The position numbers and the translations under genes are program-made. DNA of 64,000 bases from Candidatus Omnitrophota bacterium. Lineage in GTDB: Bacteria; Omnitrophota; Gorgyraeia; Duberdicusellales; 4484-171. The notes under the pieces are model-generated. The model did not search any database. It was not told where the DNA came from and saw nothing but the letters and a program-made list of their open reading frames with translations. The DNA is taken from NCBI GenBank assembly GCA_037146775.1, contig JBAWWL010000010.1, positions 12,963 through 76,962 on the forward strand, read 5' to 3'. Below are positions 37,231 to 46,759 of this stretch, one piece after another (position 1 is the first letter of the stretch; every line of letters starts with the position of its first letter).

Positions 37231-38247
37231 TTATACGGTCGGCGCAATTCTTTTAAATACATCCTCCATAAATTTTTCTTCGTCATCGATTTCTATTTCT
37301 ACCTCGAGAACGTAACAGGGTAGTTGTGTAATATTGTCGGGGATGTGATAAGTATCTTTTTGGGTCATAATGATCGCATCAATACCGTTTGTTTTAAGTT
37401 GCTCTTGTAATCGCCTAAATTCTTCACTGGTAAATTCGTGGTGGTCGGGATAGGCTATGGTTTTGACTATATCGAGCTTACATTCTCGCAATTTGTTAAA
37501 GAATCCTTGCGGGTACCCTATTGCGGCAATAGCGGCGATTCTTTTTCCCTGTAAAGTAGCCATACAGATCTCGTTTTTACTAAAATCAAGCAATCGTTTA
37601 GGTTTGTAAGTGAATGAATAAATTGCAAGGTGGGGAAAAATTCTCCATAGGCGCGCTTTTATTTCCTGCCAGTCGGATAATTCCTCTCGGTAACTTATAA
37701 AAAGTATATTCGCCCGGTTAAGCGATGAAAGTGGCTCGCGAAAAAAATACGCAGGAATAAGATGTGTGTTTCCTTTGAATTCCCGAGCGGCCATAATAAC
37801 GATATCTAGGTCTCGTTTTAACTTGCGATGCTGAAAGCCGTCATCAAGAATAAAAATATTATAATCGGGAGATAACTTTTTAGCTAGGGCAGCCCTGTTA
37901 ATGTTGGAAAAAACGATCGCGCCTTTTTCTTTCAGCAGCTTCTCTTCGTCATTTCCGTAACCCCGGCGTAAAATAGCTATGCGATAACAACCGGTTAATT
38001 TACGGTATAGGTAGAGCGCCAAAGTGGTTTTTCCAGATCCGGCCCAGGAAAGATTGCCGATGCTGATAACTTTTTTGTCAATTTGTGTCGAAGAGAAGAC
38101 CCCTTTGTCGTATGAAAAGTTACGTATACGTACTATAAATCCGTACAGCAGCGAAAGAGCTACGAGAAAAGAATAAATAATATTCTCATACACATTTTTA
38201 TTGTTTTTTTCAAGAAGAGAAAGGTACCGGCGTTTTAATGATGTCAT
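37231..38247 (-). CDS. lpxK: Tetraacyldisaccharide 4'-kinase
   Basis: P-loop GNLSWAGSGKT. 338 aa. LPS gene context. Confidence 0.7.
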   Translation of the reverse strand: MTSLKRRYLSLLEKNNKNVYENIIYSFLVALSLLYGFIVRIRNFSYDKGVFSSTQIDKKVISIGNLSWAGSGKTTLALYLYRKLTGCYRIAILRRGYGNDEEKLLKEKGAIVFSNINRAALAKKLSPDYNIFILDDGFQHRKLKRDLDIVIMAAREFKGNTHLIPAYFFREPLSSLNRANILFISYREELSDWQEIKARLWRIFPHLAIYSFTYKPKRLLDFSKNEICMATLQGKRIAAIAAIGYPQGFFNKLRECKLDIVKTIAYPDHHEFTSEEFRRLQEQLKTNGIDAIIMTQKDTYHIPDNITQLPCYVLEVEIEIDDEEKFMEDVFKRIAPTV

Positions 38248-38248
38248 A

Positions 38249-39520
38249 TTAGTTAAGACTTTTGATTACTAGTTTTAAATTTTCGTCAAGACTTTTACGC
38301 TCGTCTTCAAAAACTTTCATGCATCGTATTCTTAAATTTTGGCGTAAAACAGGATTCTTGATAAGTGCGAGAATTGCTTCTTCTAGGGCTTTTTCGTCTT
38401 TTGCTTGGATACCGGCACCCTTGGCTAAAATAATTTCTTCAATATCTTTAAAGTTATTCATCGAAGGGCCGAATATGGTAGGTTTAAGGAAGTAGACCGG
38501 TTCAAGGATATTCTGGCCGCCGTGAGGTACAAAACTTCCTCCCACTACGCAAATGTCGCTTAAGCTGTAAAAATAAAGCAATTCACCAATAGTATCCAGA
38601 AGAAACACGTTGGCCATCGTTTGACTTTTCGTGTGGGTGCTTAACCTCAATGTTTTTATTCCGAATGACGCCGCTATTTTTTCTATAACCGGGACTCGTT
38701 CGATATGCCGCGGGGCAATAATTAATGATATTTTTTCTTCCAATTGCGCAAAGTTTTTATACAACCTTAACAGCATTTCTTCCTCGGGCTCGTGAGTACT
38801 GCCGGCAATCAAGACGAGCGAAGCATTTTGTCTTAGGATAGGCATATATTTCTCTTTGATGGCTGCCAGATATTGATCATCTATCGAAATGCTTTCAAAT
38901 TTCATATTTCCGCTGACCATAACGTGTTCTTCTTTGCAGCCTAAAGCCAGAAAGCGCTTTTTATAATGCTGATTTTGGGCGCCTACAAAATTACATTGGC
39001 GCATTACCAGTTTTGTAATGGGCCGGGCAAGCCGGTAGCGCCGAAATGCTTTATCGGAAATCCGGCCGTTCACAATAACGATAGGAATATGTTTTTGCCT
39101 CAGGCGATGAAAAAGATTCGGCCACACTTCTGTCTCGGCAGCGATAAAAATCTTTGGCCGGATAATGCGTAATACCCGTTCCAGGACAAGCGAGAGGTCG
39201 AACGGAAAAAAGAAAATGGTAGCATACGAAGAGTACTTCTTTTTCGCTACCGCATTGCCGGTAAGCGTGGTGGTAGTGATTACGATAGGATAGTTGTATA
39301 CCTGCCGCAGCCGTTTAATAAATTCTCCGACAAGGATCACTTCGCCCACGCTCACTACTTGTATCCAGATGGATGCTTCGTTTTTGGTGCGTGTGATGTG
39401 GCCGAATTTCTCTTTTAGTGCCGCGAGATTTATTTTTTTACGCCGTGCATAAAAAGGTAAATAAAGTACCAACCCAATGAAAAAAATTATATCGTACACT
39501 AAAAAAATGATTGTTGACAA
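38249..39520 (-). CDS. waaA: 3-deoxy-D-manno-octulosonic acid (Kdo) transferase
   Basis: N-terminal TM anchor. IWIQVVSVGEV motif typical of KdtA/WaaA. 423 aa. Confidence 0.7.
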   Translation of the reverse strand: MSTIIFLVYDIIFFIGLVLYLPFYARRKKINLAALKEKFGHITRTKNEASIWIQVVSVGEVILVGEFIKRLRQVYNYPIVITTTTLTGNAVAKKKYSSYATIFFFPFDLSLVLERVLRIIRPKIFIAAETEVWPNLFHRLRQKHIPIVIVNGRISDKAFRRYRLARPITKLVMRQCNFVGAQNQHYKKRFLALGCKEEHVMVSGNMKFESISIDDQYLAAIKEKYMPILRQNASLVLIAGSTHEPEEEMLLRLYKNFAQLEEKISLIIAPRHIERVPVIEKIAASFGIKTLRLSTHTKSQTMANVFLLDTIGELLYFYSLSDICVVGGSFVPHGGQNILEPVYFLKPTIFGPSMNNFKDIEEIILAKGAGIQAKDEKALEEAILALIKNPVLRQNLRIRCMKVFEDERKSLDENLKLVIKSLN

Positions 39521-39679
39521 AAAACCCCCTTCCGTTATGTGGAGCCGCAGCTTTCTGGGTAATATCGAAACTGCTCGTGCTGGCTCATCCGATAGACCCG
39601 TCTTCAGACGGAAAACCCAGATGGTGTGAAAAATCTTATTTTATCACAGAAACCGTGATTAGCAAAGGTGGAGCAATTA

Positions 39680-40558
39680 TTATGCTCGTGGATGGGTTTT
39701 GTCGTAAACTTTTTTTAAGGTATCTATGGTGAGATGGGTGTATATTTGGGTGGTCGAAATATTAGAGTGGCCGAGAAGTTCCTGGACGCTTCGTAGATCT
39801 GCCCCCCGGTTTAGGAGGTGTGTTGCGAAAGAATGCCGGAATGTATGGGGAGAAACTTTTAGAGAAGTAGCTGCTTTTTTGAGATAGCGCGTAATAATAC
39901 TCCTTACCCCCCGATCAGTTAACGAACCGGCCCTGTGATTAATGAACAGTGAATCATTTTTATCAATGCGTTTATCCAGATAGTGCTTAAGGCTCATGAT
40001 GGCAGGTTCTCCCATTGGTAATAATCGTTCTTTACGTCCTTTGCCCATGACCTTGGCTATGCCGCTAATAATGTCGACATCGTTAATTTTAAGCGACACT
40101 AATTCTGAAACGCGCGCTCCGGTGGAATACAAAAATTCCAACATGGCTTTATCGCGTAGCGTCATCACATCATCACCTTGGGGCAGCGCCAGGATGGTGT
40201 TGGTTTGCTCCTCTGTCAAAAAGTTTGGTAAATTTTTTTCCAGCCGCGGATAGATAAGCGATGCTGCGGGGCTGGTTTTTATTTCTTCTTCGCGGACCAT
40301 GAATTTAAAAAAACTCTTGAGGGTTGATATCTTACGTGAAACGCTGCGTTTATTAAGGTTCTTTTCCGAAAGGTTAGCCAGGTATTTTCGCAAAATGAAA
40401 TAGTCGATATTCTTTATATCCCGTCCCCCCTGGCTGTCGAGAAACTGTTCAAATTCTTTTAGGTCAATTTTGTAATTTGTTAGGGTGTGAGGTGAGTAGT
40501 TTCGTTCAATAGACAGATGGTTGAAAAATTTATCTGTGTAATATGAAAAAGGAATCAT
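39680..40558 (-). CDS. Tyrosine site-specific recombinase XerC/XerD
   Basis: C-terminal HTFRHSFATHLL … LGHSNISTTQIYTHL catalytic motifs (R-H-R-Y). 292 aa. Next to topA/dprA, so a chromosomal Xer is more likely than a phage integrase. Confidence 0.8.
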   Translation of the reverse strand: MIPFSYYTDKFFNHLSIERNYSPHTLTNYKIDLKEFEQFLDSQGGRDIKNIDYFILRKYLANLSEKNLNKRSVSRKISTLKSFFKFMVREEEIKTSPAASLIYPRLEKNLPNFLTEEQTNTILALPQGDDVMTLRDKAMLEFLYSTGARVSELVSLKINDVDIISGIAKVMGKGRKERLLPMGEPAIMSLKHYLDKRIDKNDSLFINHRAGSLTDRGVRSIITRYLKKAATSLKVSPHTFRHSFATHLLNRGADLRSVQELLGHSNISTTQIYTHLTIDTLKKVYDKTHPRA

Positions 40559-40596
40559 ATAATTAGTAGCACATGTTTACCGGCCAATATATTGTC

Positions 40597-42618
40597 CTAT
40601 GTATTTGTTTCTTCAGAAGAGTCGTTGCTTTCTTCTCCCGGTGTCGGCTCGATGTTTTCGTTTTGCTGACCGTCAGGTGCATTAACGTCGGGAAGTTTGC
40701 GGCTCGTATAGCGACACTGGGGAAATTTTGAACAACCATAAAAATTTTGTCCCCGCTTGTTCCGTCTTTCGATAAGCTTACCTTCTTTGCACCCCGGACA
40801 GGCAACTTCGGTGGTAATGCTTTCGGCGTAACGGCACACGGGAAAAGTTGAGCAGCTCAAGAATTTTCCCCGGCGCGACCATTTCACTACCAGCGGTTGA
40901 TTACACTTTGGGCAGTTTTTCCCCGCGAATTCAATTTCTTTTTTAATGATGTTTGTTGCTTGGTCGATTTTTTCTTTAAACGGAGGATAAAATTCTTTTA
41001 AAATTTGATGCCACTCGATTTTTCCTTCTTCGATTTCATCGAGTTCCTCTTCCATGTGTGCGGTAAAATCCTCGTTCATGATTTCAGCGAAATGTTCAAC
41101 TAGCAATTCGCTCACCTTTATCCCCAAGTCCGTGGGGATAAAGCAGTTACGTTCGCGCTTCAGATAGTTCCTCATTAAAAGCGTATGTATGGTCGGCGCA
41201 TACGTTGAAGGCCTGCCGATACCTTTTTCTTCTAACAACTTTACCAGGGAAGCGTCGTTAAATCGTGCCGGCGGTTTCGTGGTATGGTCTTGGATTTCAT
41301 AACTGTTTAAGGTAAGGGTTTGGCCGTTTTCCATTTCTGGCAGGGTAATTTGTTCTTCTTCTCGTTCGTACACCTTTAAAAAGCCCTCAAAAAGAAGTTT
41401 TTTCCCTTCGGCGACACATTCAGCATTGTTGGAAGAAATGGTGACTTTAGTATTTTCTAAAATCGCTTCAGACATGCGCGTTGCCAGAAACCTTCTCCAA
41501 ATTAGTTCATAAAGTTTTGCTTCGTCGGTGGTTATACAATCGGCGATCTGTAAGGGTTGACGATTAACACCGGTAGGCCGTATTGCCTCATGGGCAAGTT
41601 GAGCGCCTTTTTTAATCTTATATTTATATTCTTTTCCGGCGAGATAGTCATTCCCGTACACTTTGACAATAAAATCTTTTGCTTCTTGCTTCGCGCGTGG
41701 CGCGACTTGGAATGAATCCGTACGCATATAGGTAATTAAACCAACCATATTTTCTTTTATTTGTGCGCCTTCATATAATCGCTGCGCAATGAGCATTGTT
41801 TTTTGCGACGAAAACCGTAATCGGTTAAACGCATCTTGCTGCAGGAGTGATGTCGTATACGGCGGCGGCGGCCGGCGGACGATTTGTTTTTTCTTAGTAT
41901 GTTTGACTGTATAGTGCTCGTTTTTTATAGCTTCAATACAGCTGACAGCATCCTCTTTCGTATCAAAGACCGCCTCTTTTCCTTTATATTTTTCTAGTTT
42001 CGCCTTAAAAGTAGTGCCGTTAAACGAAAAAGTTATTTCAATGCCATAGGTAGTTTTTGGCACAAAACTTTTAATTTCTTTTTCTCGTTCAACAATAAAT
42101 TTAAGTGTAACTGACTGGACTCTCCCCGCAGAAAGACCGCGCACTACTTTTTTCCACAGAAGCGGCGAGAGATGATAACCGACGATGCGATCGAGCAGGC
42201 GTCGGGCGATTTGAGAATTAACTTTGTTGGTATCCAGTTCTCCCGGTTGAGCGATGGCTTCTTTGATTGCTTCCTCAGTTATTTCATGGAAAACAATCCG
42301 CTGGAATTTTTTTGCTACTTTCGTTAATTTTTCTCTGATATGCCAACCGATCGCCTCTCCTTCCCGGTCAGGATCGGTTGCGATGTATACGATTTCTTTA
42401 TTTTTTGCCATTTTTTTTAGCTGAGTGATAATTTTTTCTTTACCGGGTATAACGCGATAATGAGGAAGAAAATTATTGTCTACTTCAATAGAAAGTTTCT
42501 TAGCTGGGAGGTCAACCAGATGCCCCATCGAAGAGGTAACCTCGTAATCTTTTCCTAAAATTCCCATGATGGTCCGAGCTTTCGTCGGTGACTCAACAAT
42601 AACAAGATATTTACTCAT
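40597..42618 (-). CDS. topA: DNA topoisomerase I
   Basis: TOPRIM N-terminus (LVIVESPTKA), catalytic Tyr region, and three C-terminal Zn-ribbon CxxC…CxxC repeats. 673 aa. Confidence 0.85.
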   Translation of the reverse strand: MSKYLVIVESPTKARTIMGILGKDYEVTSSMGHLVDLPAKKLSIEVDNNFLPHYRVIPGKEKIITQLKKMAKNKEIVYIATDPDREGEAIGWHIREKLTKVAKKFQRIVFHEITEEAIKEAIAQPGELDTNKVNSQIARRLLDRIVGYHLSPLLWKKVVRGLSAGRVQSVTLKFIVEREKEIKSFVPKTTYGIEITFSFNGTTFKAKLEKYKGKEAVFDTKEDAVSCIEAIKNEHYTVKHTKKKQIVRRPPPPYTTSLLQQDAFNRLRFSSQKTMLIAQRLYEGAQIKENMVGLITYMRTDSFQVAPRAKQEAKDFIVKVYGNDYLAGKEYKYKIKKGAQLAHEAIRPTGVNRQPLQIADCITTDEAKLYELIWRRFLATRMSEAILENTKVTISSNNAECVAEGKKLLFEGFLKVYEREEEQITLPEMENGQTLTLNSYEIQDHTTKPPARFNDASLVKLLEEKGIGRPSTYAPTIHTLLMRNYLKRERNCFIPTDLGIKVSELLVEHFAEIMNEDFTAHMEEELDEIEEGKIEWHQILKEFYPPFKEKIDQATNIIKKEIEFAGKNCPKCNQPLVVKWSRRGKFLSCSTFPVCRYAESITTEVACPGCKEGKLIERRNKRGQNFYGCSKFPQCRYTSRKLPDVNAPDGQQNENIEPTPGEESNDSSEETNT

Positions 42619-42623
42619 AGTAT

Positions 42624-43697
42624 TTATGTACGTACGAAATAGGAGGGTTTAACTTCCTTTACCACTCCTTTTAGTTGCAGATTGAGAATAATTTTATTGA
42701 CCAGAGATTGTTCGAGATGGCATTTTTGTATAATTTCTTCAAGATGTGCTCCCTCTTTATCGAGCAGGGAAAAAACCGCCTGCTCCTCTTTAGGTAACGA
42801 TAGCGTGTGGTCGTTAGTCTTCTTGGTATCGAAACTGACATGAAGTTCTTCCAGAATATCTTTTGCGGCGTCTACGAGTTTAGCTCCTTCTTTGATCAGC
42901 GAGTGCGTGCCCTGGCTTAGTGGTGAGTCGGCTTTACCTGGTATAGCGAATACTTCCCGGTTTTGTTCGAGGGCATAATGTGCGGTAATCAACGCGCCGC
43001 TACGCTGGGCAGCTTCGACTACCAATACTCCTTTTGAGAGGCCGCTGACAATGCGGTTCCGGCGCGGGAAATTCTCTTGGCGCGGCGGTTCGTTCATAGG
43101 AAATTCGGAGATCAGCGCACCGGTGTCAGCGATACGTTCAGAAAGCTGTGTATTCTCTTTCGGGTAAATATTACATAATCCACTTCCCAAAACGGCGATT
43201 GTTTTGCCGCACTTTAGCGCTCCCTTGTGCGCGGCGGTATCTATTCCTCTCGCCAATCCGGAGACGATAATCATACCTAGAGAAGCCAGGGTATAAGAAA
43301 ATTCTTCCGCCATGGTAATGCCGTAGATAGTTGGAATACGCGTCCCTACGATTGCAAATAAAAATTCGTTCAAAATATCAACATTTCCTTTAATGTAAAG
43401 TATCAGAGGCGGATGGCTTATTTCCTTTAAGAGCTTGGGGTAGTGGGCGTCAAAAATATCAATGACATGTATTTTTTTATGGGCAATCAGCGCGAATTCT
43501 TTTTCCAGGAGTCCGGAACTCCTGATATGTAATATTTCGTCTATATCTTTTTGAGTAAGCGAAGGAATTCCTCTTAAAGTCTTTGCGTCTGCTTCAAGAA
43601 TAGCTTGTGGGTCCGTGAGGACTGAAAGAATGTCTTCGCGCTTCTTGGGGCTAAGCGCAGGAATTAAGTTTAGTAAAATAGAACCGGTTTTGGCCAT
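42624..43697 (-). CDS. dprA: DNA-processing protein DprA (Smf)
   Basis: Rossmann-like DprA core (GLARGIDTAAHKGAL…) plus a C-terminal winged-helix. 357 aa. Confidence 0.8.
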   Translation of the reverse strand: MAKTGSILLNLIPALSPKKREDILSVLTDPQAILEADAKTLRGIPSLTQKDIDEILHIRSSGLLEKEFALIAHKKIHVIDIFDAHYPKLLKEISHPPLILYIKGNVDILNEFLFAIVGTRIPTIYGITMAEEFSYTLASLGMIIVSGLARGIDTAAHKGALKCGKTIAVLGSGLCNIYPKENTQLSERIADTGALISEFPMNEPPRQENFPRRNRIVSGLSKGVLVVEAAQRSGALITAHYALEQNREVFAIPGKADSPLSQGTHSLIKEGAKLVDAAKDILEELHVSFDTKKTNDHTLSLPKEEQAVFSLLDKEGAHLEEIIQKCHLEQSLVNKIILNLQLKGVVKEVKPSYFVRT

Positions 43698-43727
43698 ATT
43701 CGTTAGTTACTGATTGTATCTATAAAT

Positions 43728-44279
43728 CTAGCTATTTTCACACCGATCGAATTTGCTTAGAATAGCTACAATGGCGTTTGCGACCTCCTCTGGAGTCTTT
43801 TGTTCTGTATCAATTGTATAGTGTGCACGAGCATAATACGGTTTTCGTTTTCGTAATAATGTTTTGATGTGTGCCAAGGGATCCTTAACGTTAAGAAGCG
43901 GCCTGTGGGTGAAATTTTTCGTGCGGTTATAAATCGTTTCGCTGGATGCCGACAGATTAAATACGATACCGGTATTCTTTAATATGCGCGCGTTATCATC
44001 GTTACAGATAAGACCTCCTCCGCAGCTTACCACAAGAGCAGTCTTTAAGGATAAGTTTTTTAGCAATTCGCTTTCTATCTGCCGAAAGCGTTTTTCGCCG
44101 GATTCAGAAAAAATGTCGGCGATCTTTTTATGTTCTTTTTTTTCAATAAGTTCATCGAGCTCAACAAACTTTTTATGCAGCTTATTAGCAAGTAATTTTC
44201 CGACAGTGGTTTTTCCGGTACCCATAAAACCAACGAGATAAATATTTTTCATAACCATAGCATTATTAACATAATGCAC
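43728..44279 (-). CDS. aroK: Shikimate kinase
   Basis: P-loop GFMGTGKTTVGKLLA. About 170 aa after the probable start at MKNIYLVG. Confidence 0.75.
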   Translation of the reverse strand: MHYVNNAMVMKNIYLVGFMGTGKTTVGKLLANKLHKKFVELDELIEKKEHKKIADIFSESGEKRFRQIESELLKNLSLKTALVVSCGGGLICNDDNARILKNTGIVFNLSASSETIYNRTKNFTHRPLLNVKDPLAHIKTLLRKRKPYYARAHYTIDTEQKTPEEVANAIVAILSKFDRCENS

Positions 44280-44349
44280 GTCTTTGTCAACAGGGTAACA
44301 GAAACCATCCAGCCATTGCGAATTAATGTTTTTGTCGGCCGTAGATTTC

Positions 44350-44892
44350 TTATTTGCCTTTTCTTTTTTTAGAAACCGGTTTTTTCTTTAAAGCTATTTT
44401 TTTCTTTGTGGCAAATTTATTCTTTTCGCTCATTTGACGTGTGGCGACGGTGGTTGCTTGAGTGGGCGTGGTTTGGGTAGGCGTTATTTCTTTTGGTTTA
44501 TTGTCGAAGTTTCCCCTGAATGAATTTCCTGCTTTGCGGCGAGAAAAACATACTTGGCAATATACCAAACGTCCTTCAACCGGCCTAAAGGGAACTTGGC
44601 ATTCTTTTCTGCAATCAGCACAAATTGTTTTATACATGATTCTTTCTCTATAGCGGTTATCCTGCCGATTACTGCCCGGAAAACGGTTATCTTGTCTTGT
44701 GGCCTGGAGATTATGGTTTGCAGGCTGTTGAAAGGGTTTAGGGAATGATTGAGGAACAGGTTTTACTTCGGCCGGCTTAGGCATTGCTCGATTTATTAAA
44801 GTATCTACTTTTCTTTCAAGCGAACTAAGCTGTTCCTGAAGTTTAGTAATTAAGCCTATAATGTCCGATTCACCCTGCGAATGCTTTTTCAT
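44350..44892 (-). CDS. Hypothetical Zn-ribbon protein with basic C-terminal tail
   Basis: Coiled-coil N-terminus, CADCRKEC … CQVCF Zn-ribbon, Lys-rich C-terminus. Confidence 0.35.
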   Translation of the reverse strand: MKKHSQGESDIIGLITKLQEQLSSLERKVDTLINRAMPKPAEVKPVPQSFPKPFQQPANHNLQATRQDNRFPGSNRQDNRYRERIMYKTICADCRKECQVPFRPVEGRLVYCQVCFSRRKAGNSFRGNFDNKPKEITPTQTTPTQATTVATRQMSEKNKFATKKKIALKKKPVSKKRKGK

Positions 44893-45034
44893 ATTGCACC
44901 CCTATAATTATGATTTATAAATATTAAATATTACGTTCCCAGAACTTAACTATTGTAATACGGGAATTGCTTAGGAGCAAATAAAAAATTGAATACGGGC
45001 CAAAAAACAGATCGCTTGCCCGGTAAAAAACTTT

Positions 45035-45397
45035 TTATTGCATGCGCCAGGCGATCCAGTCGAGTAAAAGTGCGGTAATTTTATGGCATTCGTCGCTGGT
45101 TAACGTACGGCCCTTAGGAATTGAGTGCCATCTAAAAAGGCAGCTGCGACAGCAGGTTGCGGTTGCGCGCAGCGCCTTAAAGACCGGATGACCATTGAAT
45201 GGAGTTTGTTTTCCGTCATCTGTTGGGTTTGCCGGAGCAAGCCGTCTTGCTATGAAATCCTGCGCATGCTGTTTTATCTTTTCGAGTCCTATTTTTTCAA
45301 TATAATCAAAATCTTTTTGATCCAGCTTAAACCGCATACGGAACTTTGATTTTTGGAGATGAGGTAGAAGTTGAGGGAAACTTAGATCACAGGACAT
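45035..45397 (-). CDS. Hypothetical protein (DUF4186-like, conserved CCRSC motif)
   Basis: 120 aa. The CCRSCLFRWH motif is recalled for DUF4186. Low certainty. Confidence 0.3.
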   Translation of the reverse strand: MSCDLSFPQLLPHLQKSKFRMRFKLDQKDFDYIEKIGLEKIKQHAQDFIARRLAPANPTDDGKQTPFNGHPVFKALRATATCCRSCLFRWHSIPKGRTLTSDECHKITALLLDWIAWRMQ

Positions 45398-45436
45398 GAT
45401 TATTACAAAAGTTTGTAGAAGCTGCGTGTTTATGGG

Positions 45437-45901
45437 TTAGCTTTTGTTTTTACGGTTGGTATCTTTCTTGAAAGCTGTATCTATATTTTCTTTCAAGTGT
45501 TTTGCTTTCTTCATTAATTCAATCAATTCGTCTTCTTTCTCGTGCGGTAAATCTTGCGGTTTAACTTCATAAGCCTTTATCAAATTATCAATTACATTTT
45601 GAGCATGTCGAAGAGCAATACGCTGCATATCCTCTTTGGTAATTTTTCGGCTTTTGAGCTTCACTCTCGGACCGGTATAAAAACCTGCTTCTTCCATGTC
45701 GGGGCCATTGTCTTCGTCGTAAGACGCGCTTGTTTCTATTACCTCAAACCTGTGATCTTTTTTGAAAAAATACAAAAAGTCATCGTAGCTTGAAAACTTG
45801 CCGTTAACCGAAGACTCCTTCCATAGCTTTTTTATCGGAACATAGAAATCTTCAGCCTGTTTAAGAATGGTTATAATTTTAGTTAATACCTCTTTCTCCA
45901 T
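45437..45901 (-). CDS. Hypothetical protein
   Basis: 154-aa charged ORF with no motif. Confidence 0.3.
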   Translation of the reverse strand: MEKEVLTKIITILKQAEDFYVPIKKLWKESSVNGKFSSYDDFLYFFKKDHRFEVIETSASYDEDNGPDMEEAGFYTGPRVKLKSRKITKEDMQRIALRHAQNVIDNLIKAYEVKPQDLPHEKEDELIELMKKAKHLKENIDTAFKKDTNRKNKS

Positions 45902-46020
45902 TTTAAAAATAAACGATCGAGCGTCGATTCCGCTCCGAGAGTAAGAGACGGTTGATAAATTGATGTAACGGGCGATGCTTAATTCGTGCTACGTATTTAT
46001 TAATGTTTATTGATTTATCT

Positions 46021-46088
46021 GACATCTGAAGGTCTGACCCCTAGTAGATTTTGTGACATCTGAAGGTCTGACCCCTAGTAGATTTTGG
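46021..46088. repeat. Perfect tandem duplication, 2 x 34 bp (gacatctgaaggtctgacccctagtagattttg)
   Basis: Copy 2 contains the last three codons and the stop codon (cta on plus) of gene 46075..46755. Copy 1 lies immediately 3' of it. Confidence 0.85.
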
Positions 46089-46755
46089 AAAGATTTTCTA
46101 TGCCTATTCCAGTATTGCCCGGCGTTGCCCAGCGGCCTATTAATATTTTATCCTCAATTTTATAGTCAACCACGCCTGTATTTTGTCCCACGCCCCAGCT
46201 TACGATCAATAAATCACCCTCAAGAATGCCTATCCCGGAATAACTTTCGGACAATAATGACCAGTTTACTGAATATATTTCGCCATTCTTATTGATTGAA
46301 ACGGTTCCGGCATAATTGCTGCCAGTGTCGGGGTTGTACGCATTGGTTATTTTATATACGCCGCCAAGGCCAGCCGGACCCTCTAAATCTTCCGTGCCGA
46401 TTGAGCCAGATTTTGAACTTGCCCACTTACCTTTTAATTTTGATCCTTCTATTTTATAGGCCACCACCCCGCAATGTGCGCCGGCGTTCCAGCCTACGCA
46501 AAGAACGTTATCGACCAGTATCCCGATACCTTCGTATATGGTAAATTGCGGAACCTTCCAGACGAGCTTATATGTTTCTCCTAGATTAATAATTTGAAGA
46601 ATGCCGGTATACTTTGTTTTGTCCGGATTTACCCCGTAAATTATCTCATACTTTCCCGATAAATCCTTGCGGGGAGAAGCGCTGGTGTCGGCAGGAAAAA
46701 CATTACCGCCAAAGAACACAAACGTCAACAATAGCAGTAGTATAAACTTTCTCAA
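46075..46755 (-). CDS. Secreted hypothetical protein with two internal repeats
   Basis: Signal peptide. Repeats …GVVAYKIEGSKLKGKWASSKSGSIGTEDLE… and …GVVDYKIEDKILIGRWATPGNTGIGIENL…. Confidence 0.4.
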   Translation of the reverse strand: MRKFILLLLLTFVFFGGNVFPADTSASPRKDLSGKYEIIYGVNPDKTKYTGILQIINLGETYKLVWKVPQFTIYEGIGILVDNVLCVGWNAGAHCGVVAYKIEGSKLKGKWASSKSGSIGTEDLEGPAGLGGVYKITNAYNPDTGSNYAGTVSINKNGEIYSVNWSLLSESYSGIGILEGDLLIVSWGVGQNTGVVDYKIEDKILIGRWATPGNTGIGIENLSKIY

Positions 46756-46759
46756 GGGG

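Noticed and set aside
39680-40558. Tyrosine recombinase as marker of an integrated mobile element
   Set aside because: It lies in the widely conserved dprA-topA-xerC neighbourhood. No flanking phage or transposon genes and no direct-repeat att-like sites were noticed. It is most likely the chromosomal XerC/D.
40563-40805. 80-aa minus-strand ORF overlapping the 3' end of topA in another frame
   Set aside because: Entirely inside the topA zinc-ribbon region. The topA frame carries the conserved CxxC repeats.
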